Positions 12,925 through 27,151 are shown, counted from the first letter of the stretch. The stretch is DNA of 64,000 nucleotides from Eledone cirrhosa (GCA_964016885.1 OZ024742.1:63364001-63428000), one strand, 5' to 3'. Notes: generated from the sequence alone by a model not told the origin. Made by a program: numbers and translations.

Positions 12925-13872
12925 TATATAAAGAAAAAGAGATGAAATCGAAAATGCAACTGGAGTCTTATTTTTTTTTTTAATATATATATTTATTTGG
13001 TTCCTTTACTGGTTTCGCAGTTCTTCTGCTTTTCAAAAGGTGAGTTGAGATGGAGGGTCTGTGGTTTTTCTCACATCTGGTTGGTCTCTGAATGTTACTT
13101 GTTTTATATGTTACTTTTTTTTAAGTAAAGAAATTCAAACACACACACACACACAACACACACGCACACACACACAAGCACACAAATAAACATACATATC
13201 TTTACTTTCTTTATTCAATAGAAAATCTGAATTCTGACACCCCAGCGAACTAACCATATTCACTGAACCAGAACAATTCTCCCATCCCTTTCTCTTGACC
13301 ATTATCTTTCACTTATCATAAAATTCTCTAAAAAGGCTACAGAATGGATTTCCAAATAAGGGCACGAAAATTTAATGAAAACTTGTTCACGTGACAGCCA
13401 TAATTTCATTTATAACCAACCAAAAAAAAGCCTTCGTGAGCCCCTTTTTTCAAGTAAAAAGAAATTCAAACACTCATATATGAAAAAACAACATGTGACA
13501 CCCCCCCCCCCCCCCTCCTCTTATTTGAAGAACTATTGTAATGCGAACTGGCGCGAAATTTATTATAATTATTGACAAACCAATCAAATTACTTCTCGAA
13601 AAACCTGGCATTTCGAGCCACTTTTTCCATATAAAACAAGTAACATTCAGAGACCAACCAGATGTGAGAAAAACCACAGACCCTCCATCTCAACTCACCT
13701 TTTGAAAAGCAGAAGAACTGTGAAACCGGTAAAGGAACCAAATAAATATATATATATTTTTTTTAAATAAGACTCCAGTTGCATTTTCGATTTCATCTCT
13801 TTTTCTTTATACTTTCACTCGTGTAGGACACCTCGGTTATTTTTCAATTTGTAAAAAAAACCTCACTTTCTA
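12925..13872 (+). mobile_element. 5'-truncated PLE insertion: inverted pLTR arm, decayed ORF piece, then pLTR with hammerhead
   Basis: 12925-13110 is the reverse complement of ~13628-13810. The spacer encodes a decayed PLE linker-like peptide. The same pLTR sequence recurs at 10852-11045 and 59445-59590. Confidence 0.65.
13698..13735 (+). ncRNA. Hammerhead with U3-A8 core variant (copies 10875-10910 +, 13003-13040 -, 59483-59518 +)
   Basis: CCTT TTGAAAA GCAG AAGAA CTGY GAAA CCGG TA AAGG. Stems I and II pair, and stem III is the palindrome ACCGGT. Confidence 0.65.
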
Positions 13873-14828
13873 ATATATATATATATATATATATATGAAA
13901 AGATTCAGGACCCCGACGGCTGAGCTACGGCCGTTTCGACAAGTAGATCCGAACAATTATAACACCTCACCAATCGGGACATATGAAACCGATTGGATTA
14001 CTACCTACGGTTGATATACATATGTAGTGACTCCTCGCCAGATGTGCCTTATACAGGGTCTAAACCATGTTTGTTGTGTATTGTTTGCTTCGGCTTAATT
14101 ATGCATTAACCCCGCTTTGTCTGTGTTTGGCTTGTATCGGTGTGGTGCCTGTCTATCGGCTGGTTTAGCACCCCTTGTCCACATAGTTGCATAACCTACT
14201 GGTATACCCTGATTGTGCATACTATGGGGAGGAATAAAATCCCCTTCGGACTTTCTGAAGGTACCTTAGGGGCCTCATAGTATTTCTATGGGAAACTAAA
14301 TCACCTGTTCTATATAGTGACCAATGCATAACTTCTTCTGTTGTTTTCGTGTGTTTCACATGCTTTAGTTCCTATTTTCTCCCTTTTTTATTTTCTTTAA
14401 TTTTTTTTTATGTTTTTAATTTTTTAATTATTTAATTATCTTTTTATATTATTATTTTTCTTTTCTTTTATTATTATTATTTTGACTTTGCCTTTCATCC
14501 TTACAGGGTCGATAAAATAAAGTACCAGTAATGCACTGGGTAATTGCTGGCCTTGTGCCTAAAGTAGAAACAATTATTATTATATTTAATTTAATTATCT
14601 TTGATTGCTTTTAATTGCTTGTGTGTGCTCTCACGTGCCTCCGTCTCTTGTGAGAAAATCTGCCTATATCCTCTTATGTTGCTGTAATGTTGAATAACAA
14701 CCCCATTATGCATTCTCTCCATCCTTCTCATTTCCAATCTCCCTCTTGTTATCCTGTACTGTATATCTACTGTTCTGTTGACTAAGCTTGGTAGAGCTTA
14801 TACTCAGCACTATATTTTTGTTTATAAA

Positions 14829-14873
14829 GTTCTGATGATTCCTGCCCCACGGTATGGATGAAACATTGTCAGC
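14829..14873 (+). ncRNA. Hammerhead motif (weak stem I)
   Basis: GTT CTGATGA T-TCC...GGA-T GAAA CA-T-TG TC AGC, followed by AATAAA. Confidence 0.45.
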
Positions 14874-14911
14874 GAATAAAAATTGTATGAGTATGTAGGC
14901 GTTCTTTGATT

Positions 14912-15034
<123 letters not shown>

Positions 15035-15185
15035 TGTGTGTGTGTGTAAAAGGTAAACAGAAATAACAACACAAACGGTACAGTAGTTGGAAGGGATATA
15101 TTAGGTTAACGCTTGAAATAGCAGAAAGAGGGTCTTAACGTTTCGGACACTAGTCCTATACTGCTATACTGCTATACTGTTATAC

Positions 15186-15271
<86 letters not shown>

Positions 15272-15551
15272 ATATATATATAGTTTTCTATTTATATTTT
15301 TTTGTAACGTGCTGTTGTTACCAGTGCGATGAAAAGTTGAACGGTCGGAGGGGTCTCGAAACCGGAAAGCGTGAAAGTGTAGGGTCCTGGCTATGATTTA
15401 ATACGATTTACATTCCTGCCATGACCAGTCAGTCTTCTTTTTTTAGGATGTTATAGAAAAGTTTGAAAGATATTTGGCTGCTTTTTCTAGCATGCTGGGC
15501 GATTACGTAGACGCTTTCTTGTTGGCTCGTTTTGATATGTTATGTATTTAG

Positions 15552-15582
<31 letters not shown>

Positions 15583-15892
15583 GCACAGTAACAAAACCAG
15601 TTTAACAATGAAACAATATAAAAATAAACTCTGTCTAAAAATAACCAGGTGCAACTCATGTACCACATAATAATAATAATAATGAAATTATTTATATAGA
15701 TAATGTTCTTATATTGTTTCCCTGATATCAGCCAGCAGATCACGGCCATGCTGAATAAGTCGTTCGTATTGCCCACAATGCTTATATAGCTTCAAACCTG
15801 GTATTTACTTATGTTAATGGATATGTGTATACGCACATTCACAAACAAACACACGCACACACATATATATATATATGTGTGTGTGTGTGATA

Positions 15893-15919
<27 letters not shown>

Positions 15920-15944
<25 letters not shown>

Positions 15945-18015
15945 TTCGTTTCTGAATTTGTTTAGCAAGATTCTTTATCTGAAAACGTCTGTTGAAACCG
16001 ATATTGTTATACTTTGGGAGGGTCATGCTGCCAATAAGAAACACACGCACCAGTTGTTTCACTTCAATTTCTAATAATAAATTTATAAATTTAGGAATTT
16101 ATAAATTTATAAATTTCCGGTTCGTTGGTTGGTTCCACAACCAGATGATTGTTTATATATTGTCAAAGTTCTTTCGTCACACATTCTGTGACCTCTTCAG
16201 TGACTGGGGATTCTTTTCATTGTTTGTGTGCCTCTCCTTTTTTCTGTCCTACGCCATCTTGTTTTTTTGTGTGTCGTGTGCTTAGTTTGCGCATGTGTTA
16301 CATCCGGGTATCTGTGTGTGTTAATATTTGTTTATTTACATGTTACTGGTTGGTTGTTTGTTCTATGTGCGTGTGTGTTTTCATTTTGTGCTTAATTGTA
16401 AGTTGTGATGTTGCTGTTCCATTCATGTTTTCTATTTAATTTTGGTTGGAGTTCATTTATGTTTATTGCCTCTGTGATTTGTCTAAACATTGCGTCTTTT
16501 CTGTGTGTAGATTCTATTTTTATTTCTATGTTCTCTAATTTACCCTTATGTTCTATTTTAGCATGTTGGATGATTCTTTACTATCTTGAAGGTCTCGCCA
16601 GTGTTCATTTATCGGTTCTCCTATACTACGAGCTGTCTCACCTATGTACACTATATTCTTATCTCTACATTGTCCTTCAGTACATCTTATGCTATATACT
16701 ACATTTCTAGTTTTACAGTTAATATGGGGGCTTAATTTACAGATTATACATTTCTTATCTATACAGGGAGGTCTTTGAAAAGGGCATGTATTGCTAATAA
16801 GTGTTTTTATGGAGGTACCTGGTCTTTCTACTATCTTAATATTGAGTTTATGTTTATCTAGGGCCCTTCTAAATTTGTAAGCTAATTCACCTCTAGGGGT
16901 TGTATCGATGAACATTACACTCTGGTATTTATTGCTATCATACCATGAGTTTATTCTATTAGCCTTGTTCCTAGTTCTTTCTATTCTATTCCAAAATTTG
17001 CTCCTATACAAGGGGCAGGTCCCATTTGTGTCATTATTTACCATTTTTTCCCATTTGGTTCTGGCTCCTCTATATACTCTGCTTTTATCTCTCTGATTGT
17101 AACCAGAGAACTGCATACGGTGGATGAAGTGTTGTATGTGTCTCTCTAGTTCTTTGGGGTTGCACATGCGGGACACGTTTCTCATCACCCGTACCAAATC
17201 CGCAATCAGTATGTTGATTTTAGTATGGTCCGAAACAGCTGAGTTTCGGTGGATCAGATATTTGGAAGTCATGGGTTTGGCATAATGGGAACGGAGGATT
17301 TTTTTTTGTTATTAATGGTATCTAACCAGAGCTCTGTGTCCAGTACAGGTAATCGATGGTTGGGGTGTTTGCTTGGGTAGTCTATAGTAACTCTAATACT
17401 CTGGTGGATGGAGTTAGCTATTTGCCGGATGCTTTCCATGGTGTTTTTCTCTAATTCCTGACTGTTCTCTAGTGGGGTGTTTTTACTACGATGTTTATAT
17501 CATCAATGTAGCGGGAGTACATTATCAGGGTTAAGGGGTCTTTTAATTCTTCTTTAAGTTTAAGTTTAAGTCTACTGTCCCACCATACCATGAATAGGTT
17601 AGCTACGTTGCCTGCAATGCTAACACCAATGGCTGCTCCCTCCTCTTGGGCATATGTTTTTCCATTAAATCTGAACATATGTTCCTTAAGGGTTAGTTTT
17701 ATGCTGGCCCCCACCGCATGTGCAATCGTTTTCTTTAGTTCATCGTGGTTTTCGGGGGTCCGTATGGCTCTGGTCCACCCGTTCCATCTATCTGTGTGGG
17801 TTTTCTTGGCCATTGAGGTAATGGTAGGTGGTCTGCCTCTTGCTGGTCTTGTAGGGCACAGGTTGCTAAGGCAATAGATAATTATTACTATAGGTAAGTT
17901 TAAGTAGGAGTCCCAGCTCACTGGTATCAATCCCACGGAATTCTTCCTCCCGTTAGACCTGTACGGAATTCCTTCCTTGCTCACATTCCAACCAGGTTTG
18001 ATGGTCTTCATTCTC
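15920..18015 (-). mobile_element. Penelope-like element, 5'-truncated and frameshifted: RT, GIY-YIG endonuclease and 3' pLTR
   Basis: RT motifs YAQEEGAAIGVSIAGNVANLFM, YSRYIDDI and LPVLDTELW (17280-18011). ORF 16553-17272 has C-x4-C-x2-C and NVVYSIRC...YIGETARS. Confidence 0.9.
16162..16204 (-). ncRNA. Hammerhead in the 3' pLTR of the PLE
   Basis: Minus strand reads GTCA CTGAAGA G GTCAC AGAATGT GTGAC GAAA G-AA-C TT TGAC. It is in the same orientation as the endonuclease and ~350 nt downstream of it. Confidence 0.7.
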
Positions 18016-18059
18016 TCTCGTTCACGATTTCACCGAACTTATATTCATGGAAATTTGGG

Positions 18060-18290
18060 ACTTGACTCTTTCTTCCTCACTTTTCGTTGCTTCACCATCT
18101 TTGTTTGTTTACACTCTCGTGTCCCCTTTATTTACGTGTCCCAACGACTTTTTTTAGCCGCTGCTCGCACCAACCGGAGGTATATGGTCTTTAAAGCGAT
18201 GAAATACCAATGATGGTTGGAAGATCACTGATGAAGGACTAACTTTATTCATATGTAACCCATTAGCAACCACGCAGCACGTTTATTCTC
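18060..18290 (+). repeat. Dispersed ~220-bp repeat family (copies 24915-25100, 26065-26285)
   Basis: All share TTTACGTGTCCCAACGAC...GCTCGCACCAACCGGAGGTATATGGTC...GGAAGATCACTGATGAAG. Confidence 0.8.
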
Positions 18291-18352
18291 ATATTTACAC
18301 ATATTTTTTCCCCCGCTGTGACCCGTCTATTTCGTTCTTACTGCTTTCTCTT

Positions 18353-18469
<117 letters not shown>

Positions 18470-18502
18470 GAGGGGCAGCAAGGGGGAGAAAAAGAGAGAG
18501 AA

Positions 18503-18591
18503 ACATATGTGACAAATGGTATGCAAATATGTAACTGGCATATATGTTGCATTGATTATGGAAACCTTGTCACCACGTGTGTGTGTGTATG

Positions 18592-18683
<92 letters not shown>

Positions 18684-18782
18684 CGTGTGTGTCTGTGTGT
18701 GTGTGCTTATACTGACAAGTTTTCCATAATCAATGCAACATATATGCCAGTTACATATTTGCATACCGTTCGTCACATATGT
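18503..18782. repeat. Inverted repeat (~70-bp arms) enclosing a (TG)n tract
   Basis: ACATATGTGACAAATGGTATGCAAATATGTAACTGGC...TTGTCA at 18503-18572 is mirrored at 18713-18782. Confidence 0.85.
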
Positions 18783-18984
18783 ATCTCTCTCTCTCTCCCT
18801 CTATCTCTATCTCTATCTCTCTATCTCTATCTCTATCTCTCTCTGTATGTGTATGTGTAGATGTGAGAGAGAGAGAGAAGGAGAGAGTAAGAGATAACAT
18901 AATGGACTTGCAAACTTACCCAGGAATACTATCCGCAAGAAAATTAAATAGTAAAGTAAGCGCTAGCACAAAAGCACAAAGAAG

Positions 18985-19028
<44 letters not shown>

Positions 19029-19176
19029 CTATTTCTATAATAAATATTGTATATTCTCTACTATGCCCTTGAGTACCTTACTTTCTGTGGTTACCCCCCG
19101 ATTGAACCCGGGATATATATATCTAGTGTATATTGATTCAGTGAATTCCTGATGGTTGTACGAAAACGAGCAGATC

Positions 19177-19268
19177 ACCCGTCTGAGGAGCAAATCGATA
19201 ATTGTGTCGGGTCCATAACTTCTATGGGTGACCCTGAACCAATTATCCACGAAACGCGCGTAACAGGT
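19177..19268 (+). ncRNA. Hammerhead motif with long stem II
   Basis: ACCCGT CTGAGGA [GATAATTG/CAATTATC, GGGTC/GACCC, CCATA/TATGG] GAAA C-GCGC-G TA ACAGGT. Confidence 0.65.
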
Positions 19269-20328
19269 CGATACACAATGAAAAAACTAAATACATTTAA
19301 ACGAAACTTCATCAATTTTCCTTATATATATATATATATGGAGAGGGAGGGGTCTTTTACATATTTGAAATGTGTACTTTCAAACGCAAATGATCTTAAT
19401 AATTGTTTCTACTTTAGACACAAGGCCAGCAATTACCCAGTGCATTACTGGTACTTTATTTTATCGACCCCGTAAGGATGAAAGGCAAAGTCAACCTCGG
19501 CGGGATTTGAACTCAGATCGTAAAGGGACGTAACTATGCTGGAAAGCATGGCGTCCGACCCTCTACTGATACTGCCAATCGATGACTTGAAATAATAGTT
19601 GAGAAAATAGTATAGGACTCCTGGAGACTGAAAAAAAATCGTTACGGGTGTCTGCGTAGTATCAAACACTGCATCTCTCAGATGCCAGGTGAGTGCGTCA
19701 ACCACTAGGTTAAAGAGTCACTGGCCATCAATTCCATCTTTATCGTAATGATTAAAGCACTCATTGGGCATCCAAAAGACACTATGTGCGATACTTCGCA
19801 TGTGCCGCCATCCACTTTTTCCCTTCTCCACAAGTACTTAACTTGATAATCTCAACTATTATTCATAGTGTTTCTACTTTTGGCACAAGGCGAACGATTA
19901 CCCCAGTGCACCACTGGTATTTTATTTTATCGACCTCGTAAGGATGAAAGACAAAGTTAACCTCGGCGGATTTGAACTCAGGACGCGAAGGGCCATAACT
20001 ATGCTGAAAAGCATGGTGTCTGACGCTCTACCGATACTGCCAAACCACCGCCCTATTATTATTAATAAACTATTATTAATAGTAATCGATCATTTATATA
20101 GTCATTTACGTTAGGACGCACACACTTTAAATTTTCCCAATGCTTCTTAAGTCAACTACTTTGTTCGATTCCTCGCAGATTCCAGTTGACGTCTCATGAG
20201 ATACCTCACACGATTTTCTCACTTATATATCTGTGTATATCATGACTTTACTTTCCAGACATTTGTATATTATTCTATGTACTATACATGCACCTTTGAT
20301 GAGTTGTAGTGCACCTGAGCACTGCACA

Positions 20329-21216
20329 CAGTGGCGGACTGGGTCTAAAAATATTGGTTACCAGGATATACTACATATAGAATGCTATCATTTAATTTTT
20401 ATAATGATAAATAACATTTTCGAAAAATACATAAGTGGAAACAAAACAGCGCAATCAAATTTTTGCGGAAAAATATCTTACCTTCTCCAATAAAAAATAT
20501 TATAGCTCTAGGAAAGCCATGAACGACACCACATCTTTTAAACTTTGATTTTGAAAGTAGGTTTATAATTATCAATTTTCATTATACTTTTGTAGTTGTC
20601 TGAGTGGCCTACTTGAAGGAATCATAGACGGTGGTGATCCTGGTCTGAAGTTCGGTCGTGGTCGGGAGTAGGGTTCCCAGTAAAACCTCTTCAGTTTTTT
20701 CCATGGGTTGTAAAATAAAAACAGAAAAAGGTTACATGTACCTCTTGACCAGGATTGAAAACAAAGCCAGGATCTCCATTTTCTCTAGTACCTACTGCTA
20801 GGCCACAGAGACAACTACGAAAGTTTTATGAAAATTCATGCTTATAAACCTACTTTCAAAATTTTCAAAACAAAATGATGTGGTGTTGTTCATGTCTTTC
20901 TAAATGTTATTGCTCCTACTTAAGGTCGACTTCTAAATCATTTGGGTATTCCATAAACTACATCCTCCTTTTGTTTCACATCTAACTAGACTATATTTTA
21001 ACCTGTAATCCATGTTTCATTTCTGTTCCACCTCATTTCTCCCCTCCCCTCTCTCTTTCTTTCTCTCTCTCTCTCTCTCTCTCTACCTTTCTTTCTGTGA
21101 TATTTCAATCTACTATGATTTGGGCTTACCTTATTCCTATATATATGTCAGTTAGATTCAAACTTACAATGATTGGCATTTTATATATATATTCTCATGT
21201 TTTTTTATATATATAT

Positions 21217-21263
<47 letters not shown>

Positions 21264-21517
21264 CAGTGGGGGACTAGGTTTAACAATATTGGTTGCCAGG
21301 AGATGAAGGGGGCTCACCTACATATAGAGTGCTATCATTTAATTTTTATAATGAATAAATAACATTTTTTAAAAATACATAAGAGGAAACAAAACACTGC
21401 AATCAAATTTTTGCGGAAAAATATCTTACCTTCTCCAATAAAGAATATGTATTTTGCGAAATCCAGAGACTTTCAATAATGACCTTTGGTCTTTCACACT
21501 CACTCAGTATATATATA

Positions 21518-21550
<33 letters not shown>

Positions 21551-22208
21551 ATCTATATCTATCTATATATATACACCACCTTCACCACTAATTGATTTGA
21601 CAGATGTCTTTAACCCATTGATACCAAACATTATTTGGTCAGTAGTCAGTAGGCGTTGAATTGGCAGTATCGGTAGAGGGTCGGACGCCATGCTTTGACG
21701 CATAGAGTTACGGCCCTTGCCATTCGAGGTTAACTTTGCCTTTCATCTTTACGGAGTCGATAAAATAAAGTACCAGTAATGTACTGGGTTATTGCTGGCC
21801 TTGAGCCAATAGTAGAAACAATTATTTGGTCAGTAGTTCGTGTGTAAGTATATAAATATATATGCTGTGTGTCTGTGTGTATATATGTATGTTTGCATAC
21901 ATGAATGAATATACTAAGCTTTAGAGTTACTAGAATGTACAACCACTAATTCCAGCTATTTGCACTATCGTATATTTTGGTTTCTAGTAATTCCCTGGGG
22001 AATTGGTTGACCAGATGCTTTGCTTAATTGTTTTACTATTTTTTTAATTATTTTATTCTTTCTCTTAGATTTCAGGTATTTTTTGAAAGCAAGCCATTGG
22101 CTCCTAAAATACTACAGTGGGTCTTGCAATGCTACTGTGGGCTCTTGCAATGCTACCGTGAGCCCTCAGGGGCCCGCTGCCATTGGGCAATCTGGCCAGT
22201 CCGCCACT
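20329..22208. mobile_element. Rearranged non-autonomous DNA transposon (hAT-like TIR) with duplicated left end and nested inserts
   Basis: CAGTGGCGGACTGG at 20329 matches CCAGTCCGCCACT at 22196-22208. The left end is duplicated at 21264-21445. It contains a fold-back at ~20505-20905 and a SINE with a 17-bp TSD. Confidence 0.5.
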
Positions 22209-22224
22209 TACTATACACAATAAT

Positions 22225-24197
22225 TTTCATTATCATTGTCAGCGAGACCAGGATTTCCGACACGCGCGCACTAGCCCCAATTTTCGACGACTATCAGATC
22301 TTCGCATCTGTTAGCAGGCCGGAAATGGAAGGTGGGGTGGCAGTGCTGTTTAGGAAAGGTCTGGATCTCGAGGTAAGGTCGATCTAAAGGGACCCGGACG
22401 GTAAGTTGGTGGTCCTGGATGTGAGCAGTAGCGAAGGTGGTGATTTAGACTGCTGGCCGTCTACGCCCCTACTGGGGCCGGACGACCGGCCTTCTTTAGG
22501 CGCCTGGAAACCTTTCTGGGTACGTCTCGCTCTCTACTGTTAGCGGGGCACTGGAACAGCATCTTAGAAGCACGCTGGGATTGTGTGGGAGTAGCTGATA
22601 GGAGCGGGGGGTGCAAAAGCCTCAAACACCTAACTGTCAGACAGGTATCGACTAGATTTCCCCAATGCGCCAGTGTGGACGTGGACCAACCACATAGGGT
22701 CATCTAGATCGTATATAGCAGAATCTTCATTAGGAAAATAGATAGAAATAGTGTAGGCTGCCCAATTTTTAAAACGGTCGCCTATTCAGATCACAAATTT
22801 GTAATCTGTTTAGTCGACCTAGATAAAACGCGTAGGTTGGGACCGGGTTACTGGAAACTGAACATGTCATTTCCGGCACGTAAGGTTTACAGGGACCAAG
22901 TCAACAATTTAGTTAATCAAAAGTTGACAGGGGGATCATCAACAACAGATGGTGGGAGGCGGGGGGCTCTGAAAAGAGAGATTAGAGTAACTTCGATAGA
23001 GTTCAGCAAAGAACTAGCGTTAGAGAAAAATACAAAGGAGGGAGGGGGGGGGGGGGGGCTGGTAGATAAGTTAGACGAGGCTATTTGTAGTGGAATTGCA
23101 ACTGACGTGCTAGCGGCGAGAATGGCATTAGACCATTTCTTCAATGCGAAACACGAAGGTTGCATTGTCAGAGCTAAGGCGCGTGTGCTGAGAAACGAGG
23201 GAACCAAAGCTGTTCGATGGGCCCGCGTGGTAATAAAACCACAATTCGATCTTTGGCGGACCGAGACGGACACGAGATAAGCGATTCCAAGCGGATGTGC
23301 GAGGCCTTTCGCCAGCACTTTGCTCGGTTGTTCGGGGAGAGTGGCGAGTCAGAGAGAATAGAGGATTTCAGTCCCTACCTTGACGGCTTGCCGCGCATCT
23401 CGACAGTCGACGCTAAGCACTGCGAAAGGCCGATTATTTCAGCCGAAATTCAGGACGCCCTTGTCGGTTGCATGAGGCGCAAGTCACCCGGCTTGGATGG
23501 CCTGCCCTATGATGCGCACAGAGCGACGAAACCGTTCTGCACGCACTTGTCCAATGTCCGTGCATTACTGACTTGTGAAGTTATGTCGAACAGCTACTGT
23601 CGCGTGTGGAACGGATCTGGCTATCGGCCGAGTCCATAGTGAAGATCGACCCGCGCCTTCCTTAGGTCAGGAAGAGCAGGCAATTTTCCTCTGTCTGGTG
23701 GCCGTTGCGAAAGAGGTTATATGGTGGACCAGATTAAAAGGACTGAAGACAGACACTTTTCTCTTCGGCCAATCCCTCATCAACTTTTTCAAGTTTCACC
23801 TGGAAAGGAAGGTGAGGGTGGAGAGAGAAGTGCTGCCCCCCAGTACATTTTCTAAAAGGTGGATGAATGTGGCGAGAATGGCCCGTGTGAATGGGCTTAC
23901 TCTGACCATGCGCCTATAGGCTAGCTAACTTGAGGAGAGGGGTGCTCTCCCTGGGTGCCCTAGAAGCGCAGGATTGGTGGGGTACCTGAGTCACCCTGAG
24001 TCGTCCACCCCCTATAGGGAAATTTATTTTGTTATATTTATGCATAGTTTATTTTATATATCTTCATTGTTAAATTAGTCTTGCCATTGTGCACTTTTAC
24101 TCGACCTTATTGTAAACACCCACTGTTCCTGTCTTTGTATTGTCCCCTACATGTCGGCCCTTGTGGTTAATAAATGAAATCATTATCATTACTATTA
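22225..24197 (+). mobile_element. Tx1/L1-clade LINE relic with the RT domain deleted
   Basis: EN motifs IVSETR, GGVAVLF, VYAP, SDHKFV and GPGYWKLN. KSPGLDGLPY joins directly at ~23510 to the C-terminal C...ETVLHALVQCP. The 3' UTR ends in AATAAA followed by (ATT/ATC)n. Confidence 0.85.
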
Positions 24198-24355
24198 CAA
24201 ACATAGTGAAAGGGAAATGTCGATATAGCTTAGCACCAGTGATGTCGCAACTCATTTTTCCCGAGTGAACAGACGTAACAACAAACCGGTCGATCCGGGA
24301 AGCGAACTTATAACTTCACTATTGTAAGTCGAACGCTCTAACCACTAAGCCAACC

Positions 24356-24505
<150 letters not shown>

Positions 24506-24543
24506 AAATATATATTATATATATATCAATATCTATATATATA

Positions 24544-24586
<43 letters not shown>

Positions 24587-24587
24587 G

Positions 24588-24843
24588 TAAGTATGTATGT
24601 ATGTATACGTACATACATATATGTATACAGACGTACAGTAGTATGCATATATATACATACATGCACACATATATACATACACGTATCGGGCTGTTTGTTT
24701 GTTTACAACCCGAGCATTATAATAAATGTTCGGTAAACCGATACGTGCATGTATATATGTGTGCATGTATGTATATATATGCATACTACTGTACGTCTGT
24801 ATACATATATGTATGTACGTATACATACATACATACATACTTA
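24588..24843. repeat. Inverted repeat, ~100-bp arms with ~48-bp spacer
   Basis: ...CAGACGTACAGTAGTATGC...CACGTATCGG is mirrored by CCGATACGTG...GCATACTACTGTACGTCTG. Confidence 0.85.
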
Positions 24844-25778
24844 TATTTAAGTAAGTGCCGTACTAAGAGTGAGAAAGGAAATTTCGTTTCATTCTATTCC
24901 ATTTATATATATATATCTCACTTTTCGTTGCATTACCATCTTTGATTGTTTACAGTCTCGCTCGTTCCTCTTATTTACGTGTCCCAACGACCTTCTTTAG
25001 CCGTTGCTCGCACCAACCGGAGGTATATGGTCGTTAAAGCGATGAAATACCAATGAAGGTTGGAAGATCACTGATGAAGAACTAACTTTATTCATATATA
25101 TATTTCTTTGTTTCTCTCTCTCACACACACACACGCGCACACACACACATATATATATATATATGTGTGTGTGTGCGCGTGTTTGTGTGTGTATGTGTGT
25201 GTGTATGTGTGTGTGTGTTTGTGAATGTGCGTATACACATATCCATTAACATAAGTAAATACCAGGTTTAAAGCTATATAAGCATTGTGGGCAATACGAA
25301 CGACTTATTCAGCATGGCCGTGATCTGCTGGCTGATATCAGGGAAACAATATAAGAACATTATCTACATTAATAATTTCATTATTATTAACTTTGCCTTT
25401 CATCCTTACGGGGTCGATAAAATAAAGTACCAGTAATGTACTGGTGAATTTCTGGCCTTGTGCCAATAGTAGAAACAATTATTATTATTATTATTATGGG
25501 GTACATGAGCCGCCCTTGGGTGGTTTATTTTGTTATTTTTACACATAGTTTATTTTTATATTTTTTTTATTGTTAAATTGGTTTTGTTATTGTGCATTTT
25601 TACTCGATCTTATTGTAAAGCCCTACTGTCAGCGTCTTTGTATTGTCCCCTACATGTCGGCCCTTGTGGTCAATAAATGAATAAATTCATTATTATTATT
25701 ATTGAGAATAAGTAAACAGTGAATCAGTAAGGGGCGATAACTCCAAATTTCAAATAATCAAAATAGTTTGTTACGCTA

Positions 25779-25854
<76 letters not shown>

Positions 25855-26021
25855 ACATATATATATATATATAAATATATATATATACATATATATATAT
25901 ATATTACTATTTATAGTTATGTATATATTATAAAGGTCAGTAATTTCTTAATTACCTTATTACCAATAAGAGAAATAGCTCAATGTATGAACATCAGTTG
26001 TTTTACAGAGCAGTTAAATGA

Positions 26022-26060
<39 letters not shown>

Positions 26061-26282
26061 CTCTTTCTTCATCACTTTCTGTTGCTTAAACCATTTTGTT
26101 TGTTTACGCTCGCGTCCCCTTTATTTACGTGTCCCAACGACTTTTTTTAGCCGTTGCTCGCACCAACCGGAGGTATATGGTCTTTAAAGCGATGAAATGC
26201 CTATGATGGTTGGAAGATCACTGATGAAGGACAAACTTTTTCATATGTAACCCATTTGCAACGCCGCAGCTCCATTATTATC

Positions 26283-26337
<55 letters not shown>

Positions 26338-26498
26338 AAAAAAAGGAAAATAATGACTTCACTTGTAGTGCCAAATAATTTGATTTAATTTTATAATATA
26401 ATATTATGAGTATCTACCAACTCATAATATTAAAATAATATAAAATTAAATCAAATTATTTAGCACTACAAGTGAAGTCATTCTTTTCCATTTTTTCA
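26338..26498. repeat. AT-rich hairpin, ~75-bp arms
   Basis: AATGACTTCACTTGTAGTGCCAAATAATTTGATTTAATTTTA...ATATTATGAGT is mirrored on the right side. Confidence 0.8.
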
Positions 26499-26537
26499 AA
26501 TATACCTAACTGTACCAAGGATCTCACACATTTTCCA

Positions 26538-26585
<48 letters not shown>

Positions 26586-27108
26586 AGACATGTAGGGGAC
26601 AATACAAAGACGCTGACAGTAGGGCTTTACAATAAGATCGAGTAAAAATGCACAATAACAAAACCAATTTATATTCAAATATAATTATTTCTGAGGTCAG
26701 CATACGACCTATTTTCATCCCTAAAATAATCTTTCATTCATAATATTCTTTTCCATCCAAAACTGAAATCTACCTTCCTCTACCCATAATTTAAGGTTCT
26801 TCTTCTACTACTATATTACTATCTTGACCCTCACTATCCTTCTATTGGTCAATTCAAAACCTGTTCCCAAACAGACCTATTGTATTGAATCTTTGTTTTT
26901 TGCAATAAACAAATATCATTATTTCTGAAGACAGCATATATATGTGTAGGTATGTATATTCCCTCTGATAGTTTGTATAAATATTTTACATAGATCTATA
27001 GAATATGCATACCAACACTAACACATATATATCCTAGAAACGATCGTAAAATGATGAATGTTTTTAATATAAGAAACTGTTTCTTTGTTTATTCATTATT
27101 TTATTAAT

Positions 27109-27151
<43 letters not shown>

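Noticed and set aside
18205-18260. CTGATGAAGG in the 18060/24915/26065 family as a hammerhead
   Set aside because: I could not find stem II closure or a correctly placed GAAA..UH in any of the three copies.
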